From NCBI RefSeq assembly GCF_000355765.4, contig NZ_CP021106.3, positions 559,137 through 591,136 of the forward strand: a stretch of 32,000 nt of DNA, written 5' to 3'. The translations under genes and the position numbers were made by a program. Shown here in pieces: positions 12,184-24,625 of the stretch; position 1 is the stretch's first letter, and every line of letters begins with the position of its first letter. The stretch comes from Nitrosospira lacus. Lineage in GTDB: Bacteria; Pseudomonadota; Gammaproteobacteria; Burkholderiales; Nitrosomonadaceae. The notes below the pieces were generated by a model. The model ran no database searches. It saw nothing but the letters and a program-made list of their open reading frames with translations, and was not told the DNA's origin.

Positions 12184-12809
12184 ATCTGACGACGCAGCTT
12201 GCTGACGGACTCGCAGCATTGGGAATGGCGCTCCCGGATGAAACCCAGGCTCGCTTGTTGCAATACCTTGCATTAATCCGGAAGTGGAACCGGGTGCATA
12301 ATCTGACGGCGATGCACGAACCTGAAATGATATTGATCCGTCATTTGCTTGACAGCCTTGCGATCCTGTCGCACGTTCCTGGATTCCGCATTGCGGATGT
12401 GGGCAGCGGCGCCGGTTTACCGGGTATTCCCCTGGCTTTGGCACGCCCTGAATGGCATGTGGTATTGCTTGAAAGCAATCATAAGAAAGCGGTATTTCTG
12501 CAACAGGCGCGTATTGAATTGGAGTTGAAGAACGTCGAGATAGTCGCCGAACGGGTTGAAAATTTTCGCCCGGCGAGCGGGTTCGACACGGTGATCTCAC
12601 GCGCTTTTTCGGACTTGGCCGACTTTGTCAAACTGGCAGGGCATCTGGTCAGGGAGGATGGAGGCACGCTCGCTGCGATGAAAGGCGTTTACCCGCACGA
12701 GGAGTTGGCGCAATTGCCGCGTCCGTTTGTTGTTGAGAATGTATTCACGGTTGCGGTTCCCGGACTTGAGGCGGAACGGCATCTGGTGATGATTAAGCAT
12801 GAGGGATAA
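12180..12809 (+). CDS. rsmG: 16S rRNA (guanine527-N7)-methyltransferase RsmG (GidB)
   Basis: 209-aa ORF with a GTG start overlapping the mnmG stop (GTGA). SAM-binding motif [14 protein letters not shown]. Confidence 0.95.
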   Translation: MNLTTQLADGLAALGMALPDETQARLLQYLALIRKWNRVHNLTAMHEPEMILIRHLLDSLAILSHVPGFRIADVGSGAGLPGIPLALARPEWHVVLLESNHKKAVFLQQARIELELKNVEIVAERVENFRPASGFDTVISRAFSDLADFVKLAGHLVREDGGTLAAMKGVYPHEELAQLPRPFVVENVFTVAVPGLEAERHLVMIKHEG

Positions 12810-13004
12810 GCAATCGCTGAACAGGCCATGTAGAAGTATTCCGGCGATATGGGTTATCACCAGGCGCTTGTAGGTGAGCGCTCACTTTTGTGCATCTTGT
12901 TTCGTGGAGCGGTGGTCACTCCATTGCGGGCATATCAGGGACAGGGTCTGAGGTTACCTAAAAGACATCTTGTATCATTTATTTGAATACCCGGGGGTAG
13001 CGCG

Positions 13005-13787
13005 GTGGTGAAAATTCTGGCGATAACCAACCAAAAAGGCGGGGTGGGGAAAACCACTACCAGCGTTAATCTGGCCGCGAGCCTCGCAGCGGCAAAGCAA
13101 CGGGTATTGTTGATTGATCTGGACCCGCAGGGTAACGCTACCATGGGAAGCGGCGTGGATAAACGTACCCTGCAGTACACGGTTTATCAAGTTTTGCTGG
13201 GTAGCCAACGTATCGCGGACGTGCGCGTGGTTGCCACCAGCGGCAAATATGATTTGATTCCCGCCAACCGTGATCTGGCCGGAGCTGAAATCGAGATGGT
13301 GAATCTGCCGCAGCGGGAAACACGCTTAAAAGAAGCGTTGCGGGAGGTGGAAGGCGAATATGATTTTATCCTCATCGATTGCCCGCCGGCGCTCAACCTG
13401 CTTACGCTCAACGGACTGTGCGCAGCCTATGCGGTGATGATTCCGATGCAATGCGAATATTACGCCCTTGAGGGTCTGAGCGATCTGGTCAATACCATAA
13501 AAAAAGTGCGTGCCAACTTGAATCCGGTGTTGGAGATCGAAGGGTTGCTGCGCACCATGTTTGATCCGCGCAACATCTTGGCGCAACAGGTGTCGGAACA
13601 ATTACAGCAGCATTTTGGCGACAAGGTTTACCGTACCGTGATTCCACGTAACGTGCGGTTGGCCGAAGCCCCGAGCTTTGGTATACCGGCGCTCTATCAC
13701 GACAAATTATCCAAGGGTACACAAGCTTATCTGGCGCTGGCGGGGGAAATGCTTAGCAGAGATCCACGCAACGCCACGCCTGTCTGA
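13005..13787 (+). CDS. parA: Chromosome partitioning ATPase ParA/Soj
   Basis: 260-aa ORF with deviant Walker A NQKGGVGKTTT and IDCPP. Start is GTG at 13005 or 13008. Confidence 0.95.
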   Translation: MVKILAITNQKGGVGKTTTSVNLAASLAAAKQRVLLIDLDPQGNATMGSGVDKRTLQYTVYQVLLGSQRIADVRVVATSGKYDLIPANRDLAGAEIEMVNLPQRETRLKEALREVEGEYDFILIDCPPALNLLTLNGLCAAYAVMIPMQCEYYALEGLSDLVNTIKKVRANLNPVLEIEGLLRTMFDPRNILAQQVSEQLQQHFGDKVYRTVIPRNVRLAEAPSFGIPALYHDKLSKGTQAYLALAGEMLSRDPRNATPV

Positions 13788-13835
13788 ACAGATGGAGACC
13801 AGCAGAATGGAAGATATGCAGCGGAACGGAACGCT

Positions 13836-14675
13836 ATGAAATCAAGGAGATTGGGAAGAGGATTGGATGCGCTCCTGGCAGGAAACGACGATAGCGCCAG
13901 GATCGGCGAGTCGCTGCGGAATTTGAAAATAACGCAGCTGCAACCCGGCAAGTATCAGCCGCGTACCCACATGGATCAGGAATCCTTGGCCGAGCTTGCC
14001 GAATCCATTAAAGCGCAGGGCGTGATGCAGCCGGTGCTGGTGCGGCCCGTTTCTCCCGAAGGCTACGAAATCATAGCCGGCGAGCGGCGCTGGCGGGCAG
14101 CGCAAATAGCGGGGCTTGCGGAAGTCCCCGCACTGATCCGCGAAGTGCCGGATGAGGCCGCGCTGGCCATGTCGCTGATCGAGAACATTCAGCGCGAGAA
14201 TCTGAATCCATTGGAAGAAGCGATGGGTATTCAGCGGCTCATCAAGGAGTTCGGCATGACTCACCAGGCCGCCAGCCAGGCATTGGGTAGTTCACGCAGC
14301 GCTGTTTCCAATCTTCTGCGGTTACTTAACCTGCCCCCGCCTGTGCAGGAATTGTTGATGCAGGGGAAAATCGATATGGGTCATGGCCGCGCGCTACTCG
14401 CTCTTCCTCCAGCCAAGCAGATACAAACCGCAAATCTCGTGGTGCACAAGCAGCTTTCGGTACGTGAGACGGAAAAGTTGGTGCATCGGATGGAACGCCC
14501 GGTAGCAAAACCGCAGCATCCCAAATACGACCGGGATTTGTTGCGCCTGCAGGAAAATATATCGGCCAAACTGGGTACGCAGGTGATCATAAATCCAGGA
14601 AAAAAAGGCACCGGGAAAGTAATAATCCAGTACAACAGCCTTGAACAACTGGACGGAATATTGTCCCGCTGGTGA
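13836..14675 (+). CDS. parB: Chromosome partitioning protein ParB/Spo0J
   Basis: 279-aa ORF with MKSRRLGRGLDALL, the ParB-box GERRWRAA and an HTH region (MTHQAASQALGSSRSAVSNLLRLL). Confidence 0.95.
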   Translation: MKSRRLGRGLDALLAGNDDSARIGESLRNLKITQLQPGKYQPRTHMDQESLAELAESIKAQGVMQPVLVRPVSPEGYEIIAGERRWRAAQIAGLAEVPALIREVPDEAALAMSLIENIQRENLNPLEEAMGIQRLIKEFGMTHQAASQALGSSRSAVSNLLRLLNLPPPVQELLMQGKIDMGHGRALLALPPAKQIQTANLVVHKQLSVRETEKLVHRMERPVAKPQHPKYDRDLLRLQENISAKLGTQVIINPGKKGTGKVIIQYNSLEQLDGILSRW

Positions 14676-14981
14676 GTTGAATCAAGTGATTTCGGGCGGT
14701 CCTAACGGGTGTGGAAATGAACCCAATGCGCTTTTGAAAAAGGGCATCCAAAAGTTCATTTGCCCCCTACATTATGTAATATATATCTGATAGATACGAT
14801 TCCTCAGCGTCTCTATCCACCATCCCTCCCGAGCGTCTTTCAAGACCATTTCATCCCGGCGGTTTTTCGGTGTCAAGAGCCTGAGCGGATACTCGCCGCT
14901 GGCGAATTCAGGGCACTTCGGAGGGTATGCGCATTAGTGTAACGCATTCGTTTTTGCACTATTGTTTTACCGACAAACTGC

Positions 14982-15010
14982 TTGACTTGGCGCATCTTCG
15001 GGGATAGTCT
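14982..15010 (+). promoter_or_regulatory. Candidate sigma70 promoter upstream of amoC
   Basis: TTGACT (14982-14987), 17-nt spacer, TAGTCT (15005-15010). An alternative lies just downstream: TTGTGG (15019-15024), 16 nt, TAATAT (15041-15046). amoC has a strong SD, AGAGGAG. Confidence 0.3.
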
Positions 15011-15111
15011 TTACAGGGTTGTGGGTATGTAATGGTTTAGTAATATAGCGGCGGCGCATTCTGTCTGCGGGAAGGAGGGAGGCGGGAGTAGCTGCCGGCG
15101 CGCAAGCATAG

Positions 15112-15966
<855 letters not shown>

Positions 15967-15979
15967 CGGCTGATCCTGA

Positions 15980-18057
<2,078 letters not shown>

Positions 18058-18071
18058 GCAACCCAGGCATG

Positions 18072-18120
18072 ACACCGGTCCGCCCCCGTCGCCAGACGGA
18101 AAGGTGGATCGGTGTTTTTT
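18072..18120 (+). terminator. Rho-independent terminator after amoB
   Basis: 10-bp stem ACACCGGTCC / GGATCGGTGT (one G-U pair) enclosing an inner CCGTC-gcca-GACGG hairpin, followed by a T-tract (18115-18120). Confidence 0.6.
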
Positions 18121-18325
18121 AATGTGCCGCAACAACCCATCCCCTCGCATCGAAGGGACGCAGATGGACCTGAATTTGCTCGCTGACCGTTTGTTTTTTA
18201 TATTAGCACCATGATTCGCAAAGACTTATTGCATCACTTGAGCTTCAGCTTGATAGTAAGTTCGCTCGCTACCGGATTAGGTTGAACAGTGAACCCTCGT
18301 AATATCCAGACGGGAGGACCCGTTC

Positions 18326-18901
18326 GTGGTTAGGCAAATGAGACAGGCGTGCGCCGCGGTTCTCATCCTGGCTGCGGCGCTTCACGCCGGCGCGGTGGCG
18401 GCGCATGGTAAAGTCTCGATGGAAGAAGACAGCTGCGTGCGCCGGATTGGTGACAGCATGGTGCATCTGAGCGCCTACCAGCCCCAATTTGAACCCAGCG
18501 CGCAATACTGCACAGAAATTCCCAAGGGCGGGGACACCTACCTGGTAGTGGACCTGGTGGACCTGGCGCTGCGCGACATGCCGATCGGCCTGCGGGTAAT
18601 AAAAGGCACCAACGAAACCGAAGATGAAACCGTGACCTACCTGCGCCCGAGCTACCACCCGGATGGCGTGATCAAGGGCGAGGCCAGCCTGGATCAGGGG
18701 CTGTACACGGTCATCATTACCGCCGAAGGACAGCCTCCGCTGCGCTACCAGTATCCCCTGCGGGTGCAGATGATCAACTATGCACACATATTCCGCACCG
18801 CGGTGGGACCCCTGATAGCCCTGCTGGTACTGACCCTGTTTGGCTACAAGCTCATGAAATCCAAGCGCATGCAGCGCTGGCGAGCCTCCCGCCGCTCCTA
18901 G
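18326..18901 (+). CDS. amoE: AmoE (orf4), PmoD/AmoD-family periplasmic copper protein with C-terminal TM anchor
   Basis: 191-aa ORF with SD GGGAGG 8 nt before the GTG. Signal peptide ends VAA|HGKVS, two conserved Cys, C-terminal hydrophobic helix. It is a paralogue of the next gene, and its position after amoCAB matches the known amoCABED arrangement. Confidence 0.85.
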   Translation: MVRQMRQACAAVLILAAALHAGAVAAHGKVSMEEDSCVRRIGDSMVHLSAYQPQFEPSAQYCTEIPKGGDTYLVVDLVDLALRDMPIGLRVIKGTNETEDETVTYLRPSYHPDGVIKGEASLDQGLYTVIITAEGQPPLRYQYPLRVQMINYAHIFRTAVGPLIALLVLTLFGYKLMKSKRMQRWRASRRS

Positions 18902-18965
18902 GCGCAAGGTGCGGACTCACGGCAAGAATGCACGATTCAACATTCCTTTATAGGTGATCTTGATA

Positions 18966-19541
18966 ATGTCCTTACACACACTGAAACCTGCCTTGATAGG
19001 TTTAATGCTCACGATCGGCCTGCCCTTTTCCGCGCAGGTACAGGCGCACGGCGGCCTCTCCCTCGCGGACGACATCTGCAAACTCACGATCGGCCCGTAC
19101 ACCATGCACTTTACCGGCTACCAGCCGGAAGCCACGCAGGAGAAGGAATTCTGCGAAGACATTCCGGCCACGGGCCGCACCGTGGTCGCGCTCGATTACA
19201 TCGAAGAAGCGCTGCGCCCCCTGCCCACGGAAGTGCGCATCATCCGCGACACCGGCGCGCAGGCGGGCGCCGAAGGCAACCTGGACGAAATCACCATCCT
19301 GCACATACCGGCCAAGGTTTACCCCAATGGCTCCATCAACTTTGAATACGACTTCATGCAGCCCGGCAAATTCGTCGGTCTCGTGACCGTGGGCGAAAAA
19401 TCGGAATATGTCTCGCGCTTCCCCTTCTCGGTAGGCGAGCCCAAGGGCACCTCGCCCTACCTGATCGTCGCCATCGCGGCCATCATCGGCGCGGCGGCGG
19501 TCTTCCTCCTGCGCGGGCGGCGCAAATCCGCCCCCGCCTGA
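18966..19541 (+). CDS. amoD: AmoD (orf5), PmoD/AmoD-family periplasmic copper protein with C-terminal TM anchor
   Basis: ATG at 18966 (alternative GTG at 18954). MSLHTLKPALIGLMLTIGLPFSAQVQA|HGGLSLADDICKLTIGPYTMHFTGYQPE… aligns by eye with AmoE (HG…C…H..YQP…C.(E/D)IP). C-terminal TM helix. Confidence 0.85.
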   Translation: MSLHTLKPALIGLMLTIGLPFSAQVQAHGGLSLADDICKLTIGPYTMHFTGYQPEATQEKEFCEDIPATGRTVVALDYIEEALRPLPTEVRIIRDTGAQAGAEGNLDEITILHIPAKVYPNGSINFEYDFMQPGKFVGLVTVGEKSEYVSRFPFSVGEPKGTSPYLIVAIAAIIGAAAVFLLRGRRKSAPA

Positions 19542-19611
19542 GCCCGCGGCCAGGCCGGAGGGCTGCCGGTCAAGCCGAACCATACGCAAGCAATACAGTC
19601 AAATAGACACC

Positions 19612-19630
19612 CCGCCCCGCTTTGGGGCGG
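19612..19630 (+). other. GC-rich hairpin between amoD and copC (no T-tract)
   Basis: CCGCCCC-gcttt-GGGGCGG, a 7-bp G/C stem, 22 nt upstream of the copC ATG. It is not followed by a U-run, so it is not a canonical terminator. Confidence 0.3.
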
Positions 19631-19651
19631 CGGACTGAACGAGGAGTCAGA

Positions 19652-20059
19652 ATGGAATCATGGATGGCCTCCGCCCTCAAGCGGATCATGGCGGGCAGCA
19701 TGCTGATCATGGCGATGGCGAGCCTGCACAGCGCGCCCGCCCTGGCGCATGCGATGCTGGTCAAGGCGGAACCGCCGCGCCGCGCGGTGCTCACCGTCAC
19801 ACCGGGGCAGGTACGGCTCTGGTTCAATGAAGAAATCGAAAAGGATTACGCGGCGCTGACCGTACTCAACGCCGGCAAGACCCCTGTCACCGACGCCAAG
19901 CCCACGATTGCGCCTGACGACCCCAGAGCCATCGTTCTGCCCCTGCCGGAACTGGCCGCTGGCAAGTACACGGTAAAGTTCCGGGTATTATCGGTGGACG
20001 GCCACGTGGTTGACTCGTCCTATGACTTTACCGTAAAGAGCAAAGCGCAAGAGAAATGA
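19652..20059 (+). CDS. copC: Periplasmic copper-binding protein CopC
   Basis: ATG at 19652 is preceded by SD GAGGAG (19641-19646). The signal peptide ends ALA|HAMLVKAEP (mature N-terminal His), and the C-terminal …SVDGHVV… motif is typical of the CopC fold. Confidence 0.9.
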   Translation: MESWMASALKRIMAGSMLIMAMASLHSAPALAHAMLVKAEPPRRAVLTVTPGQVRLWFNEEIEKDYAALTVLNAGKTPVTDAKPTIAPDDPRAIVLPLPELAAGKYTVKFRVLSVDGHVVDSSYDFTVKSKAQEK

Positions 20060-22146
20060 TCGAGGTCATCGCGACGCTCCTGCGCTGGTTACAGCTTGCG
20101 TCCAACATGATCCTGGTCGGCAGTTGCGTCTTTCTGGCCATTGCCGGATCGTTCCACTCCCCCTGGGTTACCCGACTGCAGCGCGCCCTGCCGTGGCTGG
20201 GCCTGCTGCTGCTGGTGGGCCTGCTGGGCATCCTCATCACCACCACGGCGCAGGCCACCGGCGTGGCCGAAAACGCCTGGCGGCCGCAGGCCTGGCTCGC
20301 CCTCATGCAAAATACCCGCATGGGACACATCTGGGCGGGGCGCGCGCTCCTGGCCCTCCTGGTCGCCGGCATCGCCCTCTACATCCGCTATGCCCCCGCG
20401 GCGCGCTGGCGCTACCTCCTGTGCGCGACGGTCGCCTCCCTCACACTGGTGGTGGGCTCGCTCGCGAGCCATTCCGCAGCCGAAGAACTCTCGGTGGCCT
20501 CGATCCTGCCCTACGCCCTGCACATCATCCTGGCCAGCGTCTGGTTCGGCGCACTGCCGGCTTTCCTCGTCGTCTGCTTCGCCTGCACCACTCCCGTGCA
20601 TGCGGCCCCCCACCCCGGCATCCAGACCGGTGCCATCACCCGCATCCACGAACTGTTCCAGGCGCGCGAAGAAGCGGTGCAGGCCGGCGCCCAGGCGCTC
20701 AAGCGCTTCTCGGTCATGGCCCTGCCGGTCATGCTGGCCGTCATCGCCACCGGCATCATCATCACCGACCGCATGGTCGACACCACCTACGCCGCCATGG
20801 TATCCACCCAGTACGGCTGGCTGCTCAATGCCAAGATCGGCCTGCTGGCCGTAGTCCTGGTCATCGCCGCGCGTGCGCGCGCCACCTGGCTGCCGCTGCT
20901 CTCCCAGATCTCGCCGCAGAACGCGGACAAGGCCCTGGCGGCGGGACAGCGGCTGCGCAAGTGGGTCAGCGTCGAATTCATCCTCGGACTGGGGATCGTA
21001 CTCCTGGCCACCATCGTGGCCAACACCGTCCCGGCCAAGCACGCCATCATCCAGACCTGGCCCTACTCATTCCGCTTCTCCCTGGCCGCCACCTGGGGAG
21101 AAGAGAGCGTCATGCTGCGCGCCTGGACAGGAATCGCCCTCTTGGTCCTGGCCGCCGGCGCGATCGCCTACGGGCGCGCCCGGCACTGGGACAGGAAGCG
21201 GCGCATCGGCATCCCGGCGCTGGTCGCGGTGCTTGCCTTGGCGGTGGGCCTGCCGCCGCTGGCCATCGATGCCTACCCGGAAACCTATCGCAAGACCCCG
21301 GTGCCGTTCGACACCATCTCCATTGCCAACGGCTCCACCCTGTTCGCCGAGAACTGCGTGGCCTGCCATGGCCTCCAGGGCAAGGGCAACGGCGTGCTGG
21401 CCAAGACCTTTGCCAAGCCCCCGGTGGACATGCTGACCGAACCGCACACCGCCAAGCATACCGCGGGCGACTTCTTCCACTGGCTGACCTTCGGCATTCC
21501 CGATACCGGCATGCCGGTATTTGCCGACAAACTCTCGGAAGAAGAGCGCTGGGACGTGGTCAACTTCCTGCACGCCATGTCGCGCGGCTACCAGGCACGC
21601 CTGATGAGCCCGCGCGTCGTGCCCGACCAGCCCCAGCCGTCCCTGGGCCCGCCCAACTTCTCCTATACCGCGCACGACGGCTCAAGCGGCACCCTCAAAG
21701 ACTTCCGCAACCAGAAGAACGTGCTGCTGGTCCTGTTCTCCTGGCCGGCCTCGCGCGAGCGGCTGGAGCAGCTGAGCACGCTCCATGCCCAGCTTGGGGC
21801 TGCCAGCACGGTGCTGCTGGCGGTGCCGGAGGATGACCCGGATTCGCAGGAAATCGCGCAAATCATCGCCCAGGTTCCCTTCCCGGTGATCACCCAGGGG
21901 GCCCCCGAGATCGTGCGCAGCTACACCCTGTTCCGGCGCACGCTCAACAAGCCCGACCTGCTGGGCGAGGGCACCCTGCCCAGGCACATGGAATTCCTGG
22001 TCGACCGCTTCGGCTACCTGCGCGCGCGCTGGATCCCCGAAGCCGATGGCCCGGGATGGGACAATACCGGCATGCTCATGCAGCAGCTCGCCCAGCTCAA
22101 CCGCGAAAAGGAAATCCTCCCTCCACCCGGCGATCATGTGCATTGA
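20056..22146 (+). CDS. copD: CopD-family inner-membrane copper protein fused to a c-type cytochrome domain and a thioredoxin-fold domain lacking Cys
   Basis: 696-aa ORF whose start overlaps the copC stop (ATGA). The N-terminal ~390 aa are polytopic and hydrophobic (CopD). CVACH heme-c motif at residues 434-438, with a downstream GIPDTGMPVF Met-ligand region. The C-terminal ~170 aa resemble AhpC/TlpA redoxins (KDFRNQKNVLLVLFSWPASRERL…), but the CxxC position reads WPAS. Confidence 0.9.
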   Translation: MIEVIATLLRWLQLASNMILVGSCVFLAIAGSFHSPWVTRLQRALPWLGLLLLVGLLGILITTTAQATGVAENAWRPQAWLALMQNTRMGHIWAGRALLALLVAGIALYIRYAPAARWRYLLCATVASLTLVVGSLASHSAAEELSVASILPYALHIILASVWFGALPAFLVVCFACTTPVHAAPHPGIQTGAITRIHELFQAREEAVQAGAQALKRFSVMALPVMLAVIATGIIITDRMVDTTYAAMVSTQYGWLLNAKIGLLAVVLVIAARARATWLPLLSQISPQNADKALAAGQRLRKWVSVEFILGLGIVLLATIVANTVPAKHAIIQTWPYSFRFSLAATWGEESVMLRAWTGIALLVLAAGAIAYGRARHWDRKRRIGIPALVAVLALAVGLPPLAIDAYPETYRKTPVPFDTISIANGSTLFAENCVACHGLQGKGNGVLAKTFAKPPVDMLTEPHTAKHTAGDFFHWLTFGIPDTGMPVFADKLSEEERWDVVNFLHAMSRGYQARLMSPRVVPDQPQPSLGPPNFSYTAHDGSSGTLKDFRNQKNVLLVLFSWPASRERLEQLSTLHAQLGAASTVLLAVPEDDPDSQEIAQIIAQVPFPVITQGAPEIVRSYTLFRRTLNKPDLLGEGTLPRHMEFLVDRFGYLRARWIPEADGPGWDNTGMLMQQLAQLNREKEILPPPGDHVH

Positions 22147-22243
22147 GGCTCACCAAAGAATATAAACGGCAATATTTTGCTTCCGTAAATCAAGTGTTCC
22201 TGTTTCACAAATTGGTCAACAGTCAGTCAAGGAGAGTTAAAAA

Positions 22244-22744
22244 ATGAACAAATCGATGGCCGCCGTTTTCATTAGCGCTACGTTGGCCGTTTCATCACTT
22301 GCCGGAGCGCATACCGAAGCATATTTCGATTCCATCACTGCGCCGCATGGCGGCCAGATGCGCATGGCGGGACCCTATCACCTGGAGCTTGTCACCCAGC
22401 AAAACGAAATCATGCTCTATGTCACGGATCATGCCGATAGAAAGATCAGCACCAACGGCGGCGTAGGCAAGGCAGCTTTTCAAGTTGGAAAGGCGAAGCC
22501 TAAAATCTCGATCAAGCTGGAGCCAGGAGAGGACAATACACTCAAGGGCGCGGGAGACTTCTCCGTTACTCCGGAAACAGTAATCATCGTATTCATCAAG
22601 CTGCCGGACCAGGAGGCGCAGTCCGCCCGCTTTACGCCGCTCAAGCCAAAGCCGAAGGCGCAATCGAAGAAACCCGCGAAAAAAACCGAAACCGGCGGAG
22701 AATCAGCGGGTGAGCACGGTGGGCACCACCATCACGATCATTGA
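22244..22744 (+). CDS. Secreted protein with predicted N-terminal His and C-terminal His-rich tail (putative periplasmic metal-binding protein)
   Basis: 166-aa ORF with SD AAGGAGAG. The signal peptide ends LAGA|HTEAYFD, followed by an APHGGQ motif, a Lys/Pro-rich linker and the tail GEHGGHHHHDH. Confidence 0.75.
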   Translation: MNKSMAAVFISATLAVSSLAGAHTEAYFDSITAPHGGQMRMAGPYHLELVTQQNEIMLYVTDHADRKISTNGGVGKAAFQVGKAKPKISIKLEPGEDNTLKGAGDFSVTPETVIIVFIKLPDQEAQSARFTPLKPKPKAQSKKPAKKTETGGESAGEHGGHHHHDH

Positions 22745-22813
22745 AAGGGACATCGTAGCCCGGAAGGGATAAAAGCCGGCAGGTACTAGGCATAACATCG
22801 AAACCGATATCCA

Positions 22814-24133
22814 TTATCCTTCCGGAATTGCTTCGCCTTGCAGCGCGGCTCGACGTCCCCGCTGTACGTCTACACCCATGAGTATCATCAGCCCAATAAC
22901 AAAATAGATGCCGGTGATCAGCATGGCAAGACGATGATCGCCTCGTGAAATCCAACTTACCAGACCGTATGTCACGGGGCCCAATATCGACGACAGCTTT
23001 ACCGCGAGTCCCCATAACCCGAAAAATTCCGCGCGGCGTGGGCGAGGGCTGAAGTATCCCACCAGCGCCCTTCCCGCTGACTGAGAGGCGCCAAGGCATA
23101 TGCCTGCGATGTTGGCAGCCAGCCAGAACATGGCGCTGCTATCCGCCATCCATGCTACCAGCACCATGATGATCCAGCCGACGAGAGTTAGTGCAATGGT
23201 GGGAATATGGCCCATCCGGTCCTGCAGGTTACCAAACGCAAATGCCCCTGCGGCGGCGGTGATATTGACAACCAGAACCAGAAGCATGGTGTCGCTCGTG
23301 CTAAAGCCCATTACCTGCTGAGCGTATATCGCCGCCAGCGTAATGACCGCCTGGATTCCTGCCTGGTAAAATACGAGGCAGGCGAGAAATCTTCCCAAGT
23401 CACGATAATCCTGCATATGGCTGAATGTTTCGCCCAGCCGGGAAAATGCTTCACGTACGACACTGCGACCGGCAAGATGTGCCTGAGGCAGCGCCCTCTC
23501 CTTCAGATAAAGAAAGGTGGGGACGCTGGAGACCACAAACAACCCAGCGGTGATCAGCATGGTTATCGGTACAAACTGTGCAGCTTGCATTCCCTCCCCC
23601 TGTGCCCAGGTCACATACGCAAGCGAACAACCCAAGCTTACCAGCCCACCGACATAGCCGAGACTCCATCCCCAGCCGGACACCTTCCCCAGCGCTTCGC
23701 CCTGCGCGAGCTCGGGCAGAAATGCGGCAATCAAATTCTCGCCGCAGCCGAAGAAAAAATTGGTAAGAATGATCAGCACCACCGCCAGCCATAAATCCCC
23801 CGGTCCGACCAGCGAAAGCATTGCGGTGAAGATGACACAGCCTATGGTCGTAAGAAGAAGCAGGCGTTTTTTTGCGGCATACGCGTCAGCATAGGCGCCC
23901 AACGCCGGCCCCGTTAGCATGATCAGCGCATACGAAACCGCCAGCGCCGCCGTCCAGGCAAATGTTCCCCATTCCTGGTTACCTGCTACGACCGCAACAA
24001 AATAAGCATTGAAAATCGCGGTGATGACCACCGTTGTATAGCCAGAGTTGGCAAAATCGAACATCGCCCACGACCAAACCTCACGTCGGCTGACGCCCGT
24101 CGTGAGGTGCGATGATGAATCACTTGGAGACAT
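22814..24133 (-). CDS. MFS transporter, UMF1 (Atg22-like) family
   Basis: 439-aa polytopic ORF. The N-terminal WAMFDFANSGYTTVV motif is characteristic of UMF1-type MFS proteins. Confidence 0.9.
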   Translation of the reverse strand: MSPSDSSSHLTTGVSRREVWSWAMFDFANSGYTTVVITAIFNAYFVAVVAGNQEWGTFAWTAALAVSYALIMLTGPALGAYADAYAAKKRLLLLTTIGCVIFTAMLSLVGPGDLWLAVVLIILTNFFFGCGENLIAAFLPELAQGEALGKVSGWGWSLGYVGGLVSLGCSLAYVTWAQGEGMQAAQFVPITMLITAGLFVVSSVPTFLYLKERALPQAHLAGRSVVREAFSRLGETFSHMQDYRDLGRFLACLVFYQAGIQAVITLAAIYAQQVMGFSTSDTMLLVLVVNITAAAGAFAFGNLQDRMGHIPTIALTLVGWIIMVLVAWMADSSAMFWLAANIAGICLGASQSAGRALVGYFSPRPRRAEFFGLWGLAVKLSSILGPVTYGLVSWISRGDHRLAMLITGIYFVIGLMILMGVDVQRGRRAALQGEAIPEG

Positions 24134-24625
24134 GATCCCCCTATCTCACCGGCACTATGACACAACAATACAATGAGAAAATTTCCTAGTACCTCAGTCC
24201 AATAGGCAAAGCCCACAAAATCCGTAAGATGAAACCATGGCGTAAACCTATCTCAGGCAAGAACGTTAGTATCGCAGGATAGCTTGATTCTTCCCTGGTT
24301 TTTTAACCGGTTGGCTGGTGCAGCAACCACTTAAAAGGAAGCCCCATCATGCATACAAATCTCGACCCGGTGGTTTCACATATACTCAGCTTTCTGACCC
24401 GTTGCATCGATATGATAGTGATGTGCTTCTGGCGGGAGCGGCGCCTGTCGGCGGCAGCAACGCAACGCAAGGAAAATCCCTTCGTGTAAGCTTTGCCGGA
24501 TTATCGCTCGCCCACGCCGAAGTCAGAAGGCAACAATTCCACCCCGCATTCCTGTACCTGATTGAATAGGGTGAAGCCTCCATACCACAGCCATTAGCGC
24601 GGGCGGCCACAGGCATGTCGCGGCT

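Noticed and set aside
20089-22143. Very long overlapping ORFs in copD (570 aa at 20124..21836 +, 317 aa at 20089..21042 -, and others)
   Set aside because: They have the same shadow-ORF signature (Arg/Pro/Gly-rich, no motifs). The frame starting at 20056 has coherent TM helices, a CXXCH motif and a redoxin fold.
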